This document shows positions 34,672-48,080 of a stretch of 64,000 nucleotides of DNA, piece after piece (position 1 is the stretch's first letter; every line of letters begins with the position of its first letter). A program made the translations under genes and the position numbers. The notes under the pieces are model-generated. The model worked only from the letters and a program-made list of their open reading frames with translations, was not told the origin of the DNA and made no database searches. This stretch comes from Takakia lepidozioides. Lineage: Eukaryota; Plantae; Bryophyta. The DNA is taken from NCBI GenBank assembly GCA_030704615.1, contig CM060732.1, positions 80,228,001 through 80,292,000 on the forward strand. The letters are read 5' to 3'.

Positions 34672-37600
34672 GTAGCTCCATCCATCCTTGAGATGGTATA
34701 TCTGTAACGCTTAATAAAATATCCAAACCAGACGACTTCAATGAGTTTGTCTGAAATCAAAACGCCGCATAGTTTTATGAGTTTGTCTGACACACGGATT
34801 TCTCAAGTGTTAGTTTGGCCCGTCTTTCTGACGCTTATATCTCCCTCTCTATTTGGAAAAGTGTTTTACTATATCATGGTCTCATAAATGGAAATTCTAA
34901 GGATGGGTAAAAAATGGATCCAGCGTGGACGAAAAAGCCACGAAATCCCCGAGCTCACTTTTCCGATTCTGGCCCCAAACTCGTGGATTCGCGACGTGCT
35001 TTTTGCCGCGTGGCAGGAAATAAAGGGTTAACGAAGGGTCGCAGCACTCAAAGGAGGCCACGCGGCAGGAGGGCAGCAGCAGAATGATAAGGATCTGCGC
35101 ATTGTATACTCACAAAGTACGCGCGCTTGGCTGCTTCTGATTATGGACCAGGGCCCGTACCCCCTGCGTGACACAGTGGTCCGCCCACTCTTCGCCTGCC
35201 ACGCTACCACATGTGTGTCAGACAGTCCCAATCCGGGTTACATGATCTGACACAAAAATCTTTTGGCTTGGCTTCCGCTGCACTCGAATGGCGACGCGTG
35301 TCGATTTTCGTGTCGGTGTCAGAATCTTTAGATATTGGTGGTGGGGGGAAAACTTACCGGTCACGCAGCAGGGTTGGTTAGGGTTGGTTAGGGCTGGTTA
35401 GGGTGACGGGGGGCATGGGACACTGTTTGAAAGGGGGTTGCAGTTTTGAACGGACGACTTGCAGTGTGGTGGACTATTTGAAGGGTTCGGTCAACGCCCG
35501 CCATTTTTTTTCCCCGGACAGAATCGTGGTGGAAAAAGAGGACGGAAAAGGGTCTCGGAAAGCGTCGAGAAGGGAGTGCTGGGCGACCGGGAGTAGGGGG
35601 TCAATCCAGAGTGGTTGTTGACCGGGAGTCGACTGGTCGCCCACTCGGCACCGAGCTGCTGTAGTGAAGGAGCACGAGGGGTCCTCGCGGTACTGCAACA
35701 AAGTGCGTTGATTTGAAACTCGGACACGACGAATCGAGAAGACAGCGTCCACCGACTTGCTGATGTCAAGTATAAAGTAAAGTATAAGAGATCGATGCAG
35801 GTTGTGAGGGATGGAAATAGTTCGATGCTGTCTGGGGCATTATAGAAAGAAAAAGTTCTCCCAACAGTGATGATGACCGAAAAGGGATTTAATTTTCGCC
35901 TGGTTATGAGCTGAGCTGACACTAAGCAAAAAGCGTTCCGGAAGGGTGCTGATAAACAACGATCGAGTCAGGCTCGTCAGGCTCAGTGCTTTTGAAACCT
36001 TCTGAGCCCAGCTTGGTGACCGTCATAGGACAGTCATTTGTAGATGTGATCTAACTTTTAGTTTGCCAGGTCCGATCTTCATAGATTGTTTCCTGAAATC
36101 GGTCTCAGCTAATTACCCGGGTCACTGCAGGACTTTAGTTTCTTGCACGATTCAGCTGGCTAAATTTTCGTTTTAGGCTACTACAATGCTTGTACAGCCA
36201 ATTAGAGCGCAGCGCTATTCAGCCATATTTTGTGGCGCCCTAAAACTATGTACTACATGTAACTCCTCCGTATAAATGCAGGTCTACTCTGCGATTCAGA
36301 TTTGGTTGCAGTCAATTGCCGCACAAGATCCTACTGAAAGTGCGTCAGCATCTGCCCAAAAATGCAGAGTCCTGTGTAAAGCTGCACCACACGGAGAGCG
36401 GAGGCAGATTCCTTCCACATTGCTTGTTGGACTGTTCATCCATAGGTCATAGTTTAGCTTACGTATCTAATGGACATCGTGATCCCTGGCTAGTCTAGGT
36501 ATACGGCTCATAACAAGGAAAAACAGCTCATAGATCGAATATGGTTGGCTACGTACATACAGAGTTGTTTCCATCTAGCGTACGGGACCCGGGTAAGGAG
36601 AGTACCATCGAGGTTTGATTACATCATACACTAGCAACTGCATTTCAGATTCAGGGTTACTGAAAAATCTCCCAATTCTGCAAAAATAGATTGTGAAGAA
36701 AGACTGCAGCCGGTGTAGCGAATCCGGCAGGACCGTAACCATAAAAAGCCGTTGGAGAGTTTCGGGCCCTACACAAGTGAGAGAAAACACAAGCCTGGCC
36801 AAGTTGCTACAGTGTAACGAGCTACTTTTACCTCGTTTAACCCAACTACTCTCAGACTGCGAAAGCTGTCTCTAAATCTAGCACTGCAGAGTGCAATATC
36901 GAAAGGAATATCCATGAACTCGATACACCGGCTTAGCGCAAAACTGCCATCAATCTCTCCAAGCCTCACACCGTAGAATGGAGGCATATGTACAATGTTT
37001 CTCATCTCCCAACACTACTAGTGCAGGTAGAGCTCTCTTCAATTCCGCACAAGCTTTCACAACCATAGCCACAGGCTTGAGATGGATGGGGAGGTTCCTT
37101 TGGTTCCAACGTTCTACGTTCAGGATCATCGTTCTGTTCTGACAGTCGTGGAACGCTGGTAAACACACGAGATGGTGGCGATCGTTATCTTGAGGATAAC
37201 TTTGTGATCCGCTGGGGACTGCTTTGACCCACGGGATCGTGCCTACCGGTCAGACTCGTGCCGGAAAGGTCTAGCGCCTAGTGAAAACAGCACCACACCT
37301 GCATATTGCTAACCGCAGCGGTTAGTTAAGCACTGACTTGGTGCATTTATTTGTTTCCTCGGGCCCATCCGGATTCCTCATTCAATGCACACTCTTGATC
37401 AATTCTGGACCATGAACATATTAATCCCATATCGTTTGTAGCTTGTGCCGCAGTGCGCAGTGCAGTGAAAAGGTCTGTGGACGACAAGACCAAAATATCT
37501 GAGTCCTGCCTTTTGTCTGAAAATTCCCTCTTTAGCGCCGCCTCTGCTGCCTTGCAATGCGCTCGGTCTGCTCAGTTTCTATTCAAATTTCACTTTACTT

Positions 37601-38494
37601 ATTACTGAGAACTCAGTGTGTACTAAACATATCTTACCTGACCCACTTCATTTTAATTACACCAACATATTTGGTAAATCTTCTACCAGGGCAGTATATT
37701 CCGTTTTATTTCAACCGGTCGCAAATTAATTATAGTGGGAGGAAATACTAACCTCTTTCCGAGTAACGTCGTGGACGAAAGTTCCACCGGGCGTGTGGGA
37801 TTGTTCTTAGCCTTAGATGGTGTGTCCGCGACCAGTATTATACACCACCCAATGGAAGATACCATCTATTAGGGAGCCGTTACGTACCGACCAATCTTAT
37901 TATGGGTCCCATTAGACACTATTGCATTAATTTATTTTCATTTTTCAATTTTATGATTCTACATCTTCAAGATTTTCTGCAAGAAAGGGAGGAAGACCCC
38001 AATAATCTTCATTATAGAACGGGGAGGGATAAAACCGTCGAAGCCTCCTCATGAAACAGAATCAGATTGAGGGCAGTTAAAAACACTGAACGGATTTTGT
38101 TGACATTTTGTTGATCGGGCTGCTAAGATACTTAATTTTGGACTCGTAATCCTCCAAGTGAAGCCGGACTGTGAAGCCCCGGGAATATGCTTCCCTACTT
38201 TTGTAGAGCGTACCCACAAAAGGGGTAGTAGAAGTGGCTCTTAGTTACACTGGGTTCGGCCGGAGGCTTCTCTCTCTCCACTTTGAAACTTAGTATTGCT
38301 CGTGATCCGATTCGGAGAGATAAAAAAAAATAGCAAACCAAACAATTTGCAAAGAACTGGATGAGAGCTTGAAGAAAAATTATCCCAAATTTGTCCCCTT
38401 TAAAAAAACAAGTAGAAAAAATCTCAAATCATCATTTTTTGCAGTTAGTTTATATAAGTCCATCTGATATTAAGTAGTCAAGCGAATGGAGGTG

Positions 38495-38635
38495 AGACAC
38501 GTGCTGTTGTCCGACTGCTGAGGTAACTCTCGACGTCAACAAAATGACGTCAGACAGATCCTGTCCGTCCACGTATCAGGACACGCGTCGCTTGTCAAAT
38601 GGTCTAGATGAGCGCGTCGATTGGAACACGTGGTC
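38495..38635 (+). promoter_or_regulatory. Cluster of ACGT-core (G-box/ABRE/C-box) and CE3-like elements upstream of the ERF gene
   Basis: GACACGTG, GACGTCA, TGACGTCA, CCACGTA, ACACGCGTC and ACACGTGG within about 140 bp. Confidence 0.4.
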
Positions 38636-38819
38636 GTCTGTGAGACGGAAGGGTTCCCTAGGTCCGCATTGGCTGGACCCACCTGTCTGGAAAAATCAAT
38701 CGTCCGGCTTAGCCACCATGGTCTTATGGTTTAGTACTAAAATGTCACGTTTTGTTCGCCCGAAATCCCACATGTATTTGTCACGAATTGGCGTTACGGC
38801 AAGTGCCATATTCGTGCGC

Positions 38820-39035
38820 CGATAAAACATATGAGATTATGTCTTCCGATTACGGATGGATCGTTCATATTATTGTAAGATTAACTTGCAGTCGGAAACA
38901 TATGAGATTATGTCTTCCGATTACGGATGGATCGTTCGTATTATTGTAAGATTAACTTGTAGTCGGAAACATATGAGATTATGTCTTCGGGTTGGATCGT
39001 TCGTATTATTGCAAAATTAACTCATAGTCGGAACT
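38820..39035. repeat. 70-bp tandem repeat, 3 copies
   Basis: AAACATATGAGATTATGTCTTC..GGATCGTTC.TATTATTG.AA.ATTAACT repeats with a period of about 70 bp. Confidence 0.9.
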
Positions 39036-39401
39036 TACATCTTGGTTCGCATAAACTGAGCTTGCTTTATTTCTAATCAATGTAACCCAACTAAAGAAAC
39101 GGGTAGAACCGGTGAGGATTCGACAGACCGGCACGCGTCTCGGCTCAACTGAGGTTACTTTGACTGTGGGTACTAGGTAGAATGGGGTGGTTAATTAGGA
39201 GTAGGTTTAGCTAATGAACGTGGAGGTAATGGAGACGGTAAGTAATAAGCGTGGCGAGGTAAATTAGGGATCCGCTGAAAAGCGCAGTGCTCCCCTCGTG
39301 GCTCTCACTCTTCTTCCAACGTGGAATCGAACGACTACTCTCACCAAGCTCTTGCGAGAAATCTGCGGCTTCCTTCCAACACCCACCTCGGAATTTGAAT
39401 G

Positions 39402-40629
39402 TCCGCCATATCTCAGCACTTACAGTTCTAAAACTTTCCTCTCTCTGTCTCTGTCTCTGTCGCTCTCCCTCTCTCTCTCGTCGGAGACAAGTGCTGGAGA
39501 AGTTTCCAGTGCAGTCATTTCCTGTGTGAGACTCGATCGCTTTGTTTTGATCTCACTGCTCTCGTACTCTCTTGTTTCTCACAAAACAGTCCAACCCACG
39601 AACGCACAGACACTCATTCTCCAGCGCACCTGTACACAAATCTGCACTTTTAGATTTGTCTGCTTCCGAGAATTGGATCTCATCTCAGCTAAATTCAATA
39701 CAGCCTCATTTCTTTTTTACCGTCTAGTCTCTCTTGTGAGAGCATTCTTGTAGTCCAGTTTTTTGGTAGTGAATTGGTCAGGTCTGCACAGTCCCTGTGG
39801 TCTTTTTTGAATCCACAGTGCTGTCCGAGTAGTGATTTGTTCTTGTAGCCTTGATTGTAGAGACTACCACTGATCACAGAGAGAAAGCAGGGTAACTTTT
39901 TGCACCCTCCATTCTCCTTTGAAAGCTCTCCTATATTTCACTCCGTTGCGATTCCACATCTCATTTGAAGCACAACTTTTACAGTGCACACACACTCTCC
40001 AGGTCGAGTTTCTTTCACCGCACAAGCGAGGAGGATCTTTTCGTCTCTATCTTGAGTCTCTCTTTTTGGTGTACATTTTTTTTCAGTTCGAAGTGGTCCC
40101 AGTCGTTACTCTGTTTTTTTTTCACTGTGCACCAGGAGTGGGTTTACGGCTCGATTTTTCAAGCAGCCATAGTTTACAGTGCGAGAGCTCACACAGCTCA
40201 AGGTGAGGATCACTCAAGACGTAACTCAAACTGTCCCTCTGTATTCCACTTGAGATCAAAGCTCTTTCCACTTTTTTTCTTGCAAATCACCGCTAAGAAA
40301 AGCGAGGATCTCATCCTCCTCCTTCCCTCTCCATCACCTGCCAAATTAAAACGCAAGGATTGAAGGGAGTAAGAGGCTTTAGGAAGGGAGAATCTCTTTA
40401 CGCAGTTGCGGGTAACCCAGCCGGACAACTGGCGACCGGGCGGGTGTTTGTTCCTCAAACCCTCTTGGGTGCTTGCTACAGATTACCAGACAAAGATAGA
40501 CCGCGAGGCTTGAGAGGTTCAAAAGGCAAACAGCGATTTGTCTTTGAGCTGAATACTGCGGAAGGAGGCCGATCCTTGCCACGTTTGGGGATTCAAAGAG
40601 GGGCACAAGTCGGGGTCGAAAGAGATTGT
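39402..40629 (+). other. Probable long 5' UTR of the ERF gene
   Basis: CT-rich Y-patch at 39435-39480; no ATG on the plus strand for 1228 nt before the start codon. Confidence 0.6.
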
Positions 40630-42639
40630 ATGGACAGTGGGAACAGGAGGCAAAGAGCCAACGCAATGGCTGTTCAGAGATTTCCTTCCGCGGCAGGACT
40701 GATCTTCACATCAGCGCCGGCAATGCGTCTGTCCGAAAGAGATTCGAGCTTTTCGGATATGGCTGTCAGCGGCTGTGAAAGAGGAAGCTTCTTGGACCTG
40801 GTTGCAGAGACCAGCAGTGAGAGGGAGAGCTTTCTTGACATGGGTGTCCCCAGTCTTAATGAGCCAGAAAGAGAGAGCTTTCTAGCAGAAACAAGTGAGG
40901 GAGATTTGCTAAGAGCTTTCGAGCCTTTCACTGATGAAGCCGCAGCATTGTCTCGGTTGCATCTACCAGAGAGCCCCGAATCCACATCCAGTTCGGCTTC
41001 TTCATCATATGGCACTGAGGCTGCGTTGCCCGAGGAGCAGAAACCGACGGGCTCAACACTGGAATCTTCATCAAGATTGCCATTTCCTGGAACTGTGGCC
41101 AGTGGACTCTGCGATAATGTCAGTGAATTCCACAGTAATCTGGCCTCCCAACTGCCTTCTCTTCCCCAAGTTGCTCCTTTGCATAACTCCCCTTCATCTT
41201 ATAGTACTCAAATGCTAGGGGCCTATGCCCAAACAGATGCCGGTGTTCTATCAGCAAGTTGGCCGCAAGTTCAAGGTGGCGAACACTACTATACACTGGT
41301 TGGGGGTTCTCCAGGCAGCTCGGTGAGTGCGATGGGCCTGTCAGAGTTACTACCTGTGCCCCAGCTGGGAGGAACTCAAATGCTGGGAGGCCAAGTTACA
41401 TCACAACCTGGGCACGGCCCTTCGCCTCAGGAGCTCCAGCACTTGCAGCAGCTGCAGACAGCTCAATTACAACAGCAGCAAATACAGCTTCAGCTCCAGC
41501 TCCAGGCAGCGCAGCAACATGCCATGAACCAACATATACAGCACCTCGAGCATCTGTCTACGCAAAGGCCATGGAGCAGCACTTGTGAGGCCTTGAATCT
41601 GAGTCCCAGAGCTCTATCTATGAAACACCAGAAACTGGATAAGCGTTTAGGCCCCTCCCGTCAGGCAAAGCTGTTTCGAGGAGTGAGACAGAGACATTGG
41701 GGGAAATGGGTGGCAGAGATCAGACTCCCACGAAACCGCACGCGGCTTTGGCTGGGAACTTTTGATACTGCTGAAGAAGCAGCAATAGCCTATGATCAAG
41801 CTGCTTACAAACTTAGGGGAGAATACGCGCGCCTCAATTTCCCTCATCATCGGTTTCATCACGGCGGTACCATGTCAGCTGGAGCTCATTCTAACCCGAC
41901 TACTTGGATTAACATGGCGTCGACAAGCACTAATGGTGCCTCAGAAAGGGCTCGTGCCTCCACTGTGGACGCAAAGCTCCAGGCATTCGTTTATCAGAAA
42001 GAGGCCGAGTGCCGAGGTTTTCCTATGGCTGGGTGTGGTGTCCAATGTGCCCCTGGCAGTGAGGCGGACCTCTCTAAGTCGAGTTTCCAGGTTACTCCTC
42101 AGTCCTCCCCTCAGAGTGTGACCCCTGCACCAGTCAAAGTCGAGGATATGTACCCTGCAAGTGGTGGGGTTGCTGAGAAATTCACCGATATCCAGAGGGC
42201 CGACAGTGGTCAGACCTTTCACAGCCCACCCATGCTGGTTTCCGGGGGCGAATCAGGATCTGGAAGCTCATGCAAATCGGAGGTCACTGATATTTTCAAC
42301 AGCGTTCTGGCCTCCCAAGGGTCCTCGGTGTGGGCAGATATTGACGAACACTTGCTCAACAGTGTTCCCAGTTTTGAGGTTGATATGTCGTGGGCGGTCG
42401 AGCTGCCCACGAACAACCCTGCTGCTGCTAGCCCTACTCCACAAGCGCCACCTGGTATAAGAACTTACAGCAGCAATATATCAAGTGGAATTTCAGAAGA
42501 ATCATCTGGACGTAAACCCCCTCTATCGGCCACACGCAGCAATACGCCAGGTGCAGCACAAAGCTCAGAAATGCAGCAAATCCATCCTTCTCTTGAATCA
42601 TCGGCCCGCCAGGTCTATGTTTGGAGAGACTGTAAGTAA
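40630..42639 (+). CDS. AP2/ERF transcription factor, group I / DREB A-6 (RAP2.4/WIND-like), 669 aa from the first ATG
   Basis: Uninterrupted ORF; AP2 domain [59 protein letters not shown]; group I motifs VDAKLQA and L..VPSFEVD..W; Gln-rich tract. Confidence 0.95.
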   Translation: MDSGNRRQRANAMAVQRFPSAAGLIFTSAPAMRLSERDSSFSDMAVSGCERGSFLDLVAETSSERESFLDMGVPSLNEPERESFLAETSEGDLLRAFEPFTDEAAALSRLHLPESPESTSSSASSSYGTEAALPEEQKPTGSTLESSSRLPFPGTVASGLCDNVSEFHSNLASQLPSLPQVAPLHNSPSSYSTQMLGAYAQTDAGVLSASWPQVQGGEHYYTLVGGSPGSSVSAMGLSELLPVPQLGGTQMLGGQVTSQPGHGPSPQELQHLQQLQTAQLQQQQIQLQLQLQAAQQHAMNQHIQHLEHLSTQRPWSSTCEALNLSPRALSMKHQKLDKRLGPSRQAKLFRGVRQRHWGKWVAEIRLPRNRTRLWLGTFDTAEEAAIAYDQAAYKLRGEYARLNFPHHRFHHGGTMSAGAHSNPTTWINMASTSTNGASERARASTVDAKLQAFVYQKEAECRGFPMAGCGVQCAPGSEADLSKSSFQVTPQSSPQSVTPAPVKVEDMYPASGGVAEKFTDIQRADSGQTFHSPPMLVSGGESGSGSSCKSEVTDIFNSVLASQGSSVWADIDEHLLNSVPSFEVDMSWAVELPTNNPAAASPTPQAPPGIRTYSSNISSGISEESSGRKPPLSATRSNTPGAAQSSEMQQIHPSLESSARQVYVWRDCK

Positions 42640-44144
42640 TCGCCAATTCCTGTGGGTGAGGGGAGGCGAGGAGCTCTGTTGTTGTTTCTATGGATGGAGG
42701 CACCACCAGATTCGGAGGTGTGAACACAAAAGGCTTGGCTTTGGGCAATGCTGCTGAGATGGAGCTTGTTAGATCTGGTAACAGTTGCGGAGACGCTGGA
42801 GAAATTTTACTTCCAGCCACAAAGGTTTTATAATCTCCACCTTAGTGGTCTCACTAAGTCGCATTTTTGAGTCCGACTTGGGAGACAGCAGTGGTATTTT
42901 TCTTAGACATTCGCTGACAGAGTCAAGCCCTTTTCCAGTCACATTGGGCACTCTATTTGGTGGGTTCCAAAGTGGTTGCCTTGTGGCGCCCTCGTCCCAC
43001 TCCCACACTGTATAGTTCATACTTCCTGCACATTTTGTCTCCAACACACACAGTCACTCTCTCACTTTTTGTTATGCTTCACAAACGCACTCACTTGAGG
43101 GCCCCCGCTTTGGGTTTCGGGGAAGGTCCCTCACTATAGTCACATGATGGACACACAACACACCCACCTCTCGAGGACTTTTGAGCTTCTGGGAGCTGCT
43201 GTCAGGTGGATGAGCTGTGGTGGACTCTCTTTGAACGAAGAAGTTGCGGACGGCTGAGGAGATGTCAATTGACAGGCGGCATTGTTTCAGTACTGTGCGA
43301 AGGGATACCCGGAGGGGTGTTCCTTACGGTGGCAGGACGAGGGACGACTACATCACAATGACAAATGGCAACTGAAGGTCTCCGAACCCAAGAGTAGACA
43401 GCTTACAGGCACATTGGTCTTGAGTTGATAAACAATTGGAGGAGGATCTAGACTCATGGCAAAAGCTGGAAAGAAGTGGAGGTCATATAGTTGCCAGTCC
43501 CTAAAGGGCCTTCTGCACTGCATCCCCAGCAGGCGCCGTGGGCACGACACACTCATGATTTTTTGGAGAGTGTCTTGGATGCACAAAGCGACCAGTGATT
43601 TCCAGATCTTCCATATAGATAAATAACTTCTGGATTTCCTCGGTTGGATCACATGGGTTTGATCAGGTGTCTCACATGGAGCATTTGAACTGAGTCCTGA
43701 CTGGCCCAAACAGATCACGGTTTGTAAAAGTGTTCCTAGTATCTAAATATCAGTTGGGTATGGGAATTGTGTGACTACTAAATAAAGCATGGTCCTATGC
43801 CATAAGAAAATTTATTATTATCTAGAGTTGGTTTTCCTTCAGATTTGAGTCCTCACGTCCTCACAGGGACTAAGGATTAGTGGACCATTCCCCTTCTCTC
43901 TCTCTCCACTACGTAGTTCATGAACTTGAATCACTCTTTACCCAAACTTCTTACCTTTCTTGCAGCTGTCAATACTACCAAAGCTAGTGCAGCAGTAGTT
44001 GATGCAAAACATAATATTTCTATGATCGCTTATCTTGCAGCCTCCTTGCAGCAGGTGCCATTCAGGGAATTCGATCTACTGTGGACATCTATAGTATTGG
44101 CATAGAGTATTTAAGCGTTGCGCATGCATACATCTTCAAATGGG

Positions 44145-44750
44145 CTTCGGGATTGAGTATGGAGATAACATCTTGCAGCTATATCTAGATGTATGTGCAG
44201 CCTTGAACTTCAAGCCAGGAATGGGACATGAGTGACCGATATAGCTTCATGCTTGCGTTCGACGTCCACATAACAGCGGAGATATATGTTCATCATCATA
44301 CGAGTATACGTAGTTTGTGTTGTGTAGTGTCCTTCCAGTTTAGACGCGACCTCTTCTCATGTCCGGTCACATCTTGCACTCTTGGTGGAGTTAACTACCT
44401 AGCCTTGAACATATGCAAGGAAACATGCTCAAAATAAGTTTCAGCGATAGGCCCATTCGTCTGAGTACCTTATGGGCCTATTGCTGAAACTTGTTTTAAG
44501 CCGTGTTGCATCTGTTTGGCTACTAGGTAGTTGACTCCACCAAAGAGTCCAAGATGTGACTGGACATGAGAAGAGGTTTGGTCTGAATTGGAAGGACACT
44601 ACACAACAAAAACTACGTATACTCGTATGATGATGAACATATATCTCCGCTGTTATGTGGACGCTCAAGTCCCATCCATTCCTGGCTTGAAGTTGAAGCC
44701 TACACATACAGCTGCAACATGTTATCTCCACACTCACACAATCCCCAAGC
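44145..44750. repeat. Inverted repeat, arms of about 230-250 bp, spacer of about 120 bp
   Basis: 44145-44402 is the reverse complement of 44523-44750; the ORF track shows the same peptide VHITAEIYVHHHTSIRS on both strands. Confidence 0.88.
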
Positions 44751-47593
44751 AGCTGCAACAACAGATTTCTGACTACGGCATTACTTGATGACTACTACCT
44801 TCGAGCTGGAAGAACCGATAACCCAACCCTCAGCATTGTTAGAAGCTTTGCTCGTAAGCTTGCCTTTTTTTTTAATCAAGAGTACGAGCAAAGACTCCAG
44901 AACTCAAAAGCTCTATACAGTTAGAGTCAGAATATTCTGTGAAGAGCTCACTGCTCGTCCTAAGTCTTTAAAGTGCAAGACGTTGAAATCCTTACCTCAA
45001 GTCACTGTCTCCTCGTCTGCATCATCTTCCGATCACCTCCAGCGATCACAGGAAGGATGCCCACCTACACAGTGACTTGAAAATGGCTTCCAAGCAACGG
45101 CAGAGCCCACCGTCTTATTTATTTATTACTATTATTTCTAAATTTGTAGTATAATAATTGTCTGAAATTTGAATATATATATAAGAAATGCTTGTACAAT
45201 ACTGATCTCACAAGTAGAATACTCATACCAGAACAAATGAGGAAAAGAGGGTGGTTGAGAATTGGTATGGCGGCTTGTATATAATTAGCCTGGTATGGTA
45301 TCTCCTTTAATATAGCATGTTCACATAACAGATCAGCCACCTGATATTCCAGCATTTGTGCATTATGGTGAATTTCCGAAACTTTATCCATAATTCCTCT
45401 CTACAAGTAGCTGAGACATTTTGCCAAGTCCTAAACAACTAGGTCGTCCCCTGTTTGCAAAAAACAAAAGAAAAAGAAAAAACTAGGTCATCGCTGAGTG
45501 AAACTTGGGCATAATAGGGAGCCCTAGGGCGATTCATTATATCCGGTAATCACCTGACATGTGGCGATTACCTCACTTCATGTACGAGAGCACGTGGATG
45601 AAACAGCGCTCTCATGGATAGCTCATGGATGAAACTAGTGCCATCGTGGATGACGAGCAATGAGTACAGGGAAGGACCATCTAGTACTGCGTCATATCTG
45701 CACCTCCAGACGCGATTGTGACCGTTGAAAACCGTCAGATCCGTCGTCTGTACATTAATCTGGTACTTTTCCTTTGTAATTCCCTGCTGTAAATGCCAAG
45801 TTCAGGGCCCCTCCGTGGTTATTTTTTCTACCTTTCCTAATGCATTTCAGAAATTTCAGTCCAAGCAGAATATTAATGTGGGTTCCTTACGCCACGTAAG
45901 GGTGCTGGCGGCCAGGCAGCCGACGACTCTTTGACACGTGCTAGCTATCCATATTGAAAATAGTACACGTGGCAGAATGTAGCAACAGTGTGCTATCCAT
46001 CTTTAAAAAACGTTACACGTGGCAGCGCACGGGCATTCCTGGATCTTACCCTACACGAAATCTGGCGGGTTTCGCCAGATAAAAAAGAAAACTGTTGGGG
46101 ATACACAAACAAATACGTGTAGCTTGTTGAAAATCGTAATTATGGATATGAACATAATAAGTAAATAGCCTGCCCACCATGAAATAGCCCGCCATGAATT
46201 AAGATTAATTAAAAATTATAGCCTGGACTTTTCCAAGATTGTTTTGCTCAATATGTAGATATCCTGAATTCTGAGCAGTCGCTCCCAGGTTTCCTTTTTA
46301 AATAAATAAATAAATATATATATGTAGATACATAAGGCCCCACAAGGCACCAATGTATTGCGGATACTTGGTGAATATTACCAAACATCAACAAATGAGC
46401 TAAATGTGGACACAATAAGAATCTAGCATCTTTTTATTTATTTGAAAGGGAAACACCTGGGAGGGATTGCCGTGGCTCACAAATCAGGCCTTCATTGTTT
46501 TTTAAGCAAATCAGGCCTTAATAAAGGTGAGAGGAGAAAATAGTAACCGCGCCATGAGGCACCGAGCACAAGGCTCTAGAGACACTGTCCAAGGGAAGGT
46601 GGAGAAGATCATACCACACCCCACAAGGTAGCAAGATTTAAACCCCAAATCATCTGGGTGACACTTCTCTATCCAACTGAGCTACTGATTGGTGGGTTTT
46701 TTAATTTCAATGCTGACACGGCTTTTGCCCATGTTCATTTTGTTCTAAGAAACTAGGGCTTCGTGTTGCTCCGCACTACTAGCGCCGAATTTTGAGAACT
46801 ATGTTCAATTTTCACAAGAAGGGGTGGGTCATCCCAACGGTGTTACATGCATACATCCCATATTTCATTATTTTTGGGAAGAAGAATGGCGGAGTGTTGC
46901 CGAAGCTATCATGTCTGTCTCCATATTTCATTGTTTGATGCAGCTACCTCTATCTATGCCCAAGAAGTGAGGGGGAGTTGAACCCCCTTTTCTGCCCAAT
47001 ATGCAAACACTTCCACACCTAATGAGATGCCCTCAAATCCACTCACACTTGACAGCAGCAAGGTAGCAGAATCATAGCTTGTTCTGGAGGACTATGCATC
47101 AGCAAATTCAGAACCTGCAGGAACAAAAACTAAAGTTACAAGCTGGGCCCCAGAGAGAGATAAAGAGAAAAACCAGTAGATCCACAACAGCACAAAGAGG
47201 AAACGGGAATCCCAGCCCTTCGCACAACCATTGAGCATTGCACCACGGCTCGCTACAAATCATGCTGCTGACAGTGCCCTCACAGTCAAAGGAGGAGCTG
47301 TAAGTATATCTTCCTATCACTATTCACATAAGTTATCCCTTAGTTGGGTGTAATTTCATTGATATTAATTGAACCAACATGACGGACCAAAAGCTTCATT
47401 TCTGGGATGTTGGACGGTTCCTGGAAGCAAGAGAAAAAGACCTCACTTTCTTGAAGGGGATTTCAAGAGAGTTTTTCGGCTTGTTTGAGATTGGCAGCTG
47501 AAGTAGTTACCCCCAACCTTGAACTCCAACATGCACAAACCGATGTTAGAGTCAAGCCGCATCAATCAATAACAACATCCTTACAATCACTAT

Positions 47594-48080
47594 ATGAACT
47601 TTCAAGCAGCCACCATGGGATTGGATCTTGGTGGGTTAAGGCTAGCTTTTGACAATATTCATGCAAGTTCGTCAAGGGCTCCATCCAAAGCCACACCACA
47701 AGAAACAAACAAACATGTCCAATTTAAGATGCTGAACAAACTTGTGCACAGGGCTGCCCCTCTCATCAAGCTCATTATAATTCGTATTCACTTCCATCTT
47801 CAAGCTTTGGATAAACTCCACCACCCAAACCCAGAATTAGGACAACACTGTGATTTCCATCCACTCTCACCAGAATCAGTCAAAAATCACCCCTTCAGTC
47901 AAGTGCAATTATGGGCTTACTTCCAACCTATGCTGGGTAGACCCCACTATCATTTCCTGTGGATATGCCACAAGAAATGCACTCAACAGTACATCATGGT
48001 CAATACTCTCAGGAAATGGTGGATGGTCTGAGTAGCTACACAGATCAATCAATGAAGCAAGACACTCGCATCTTTCCAAG
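47594..48080 (+). mobile_element. Possible highly decayed LINE 3' fragment
   Basis: Trp-rich peptide (..ESV.NHPF..LWAYF..LRKWW) loosely like the zf-RVT tail of L1 elements; weak. Confidence 0.25.

Noticed and set aside
35370-35403. Interstitial telomere repeat
   Set aside because: Only three copies of a 10-bp unit, not a TTTAGGG or TTAGGG array.
40360-40629. 759-aa ERF starting at 40360
   Set aside because: That start is TTG; the first ATG is at 40630. Kept only as a possible non-AUG extension.
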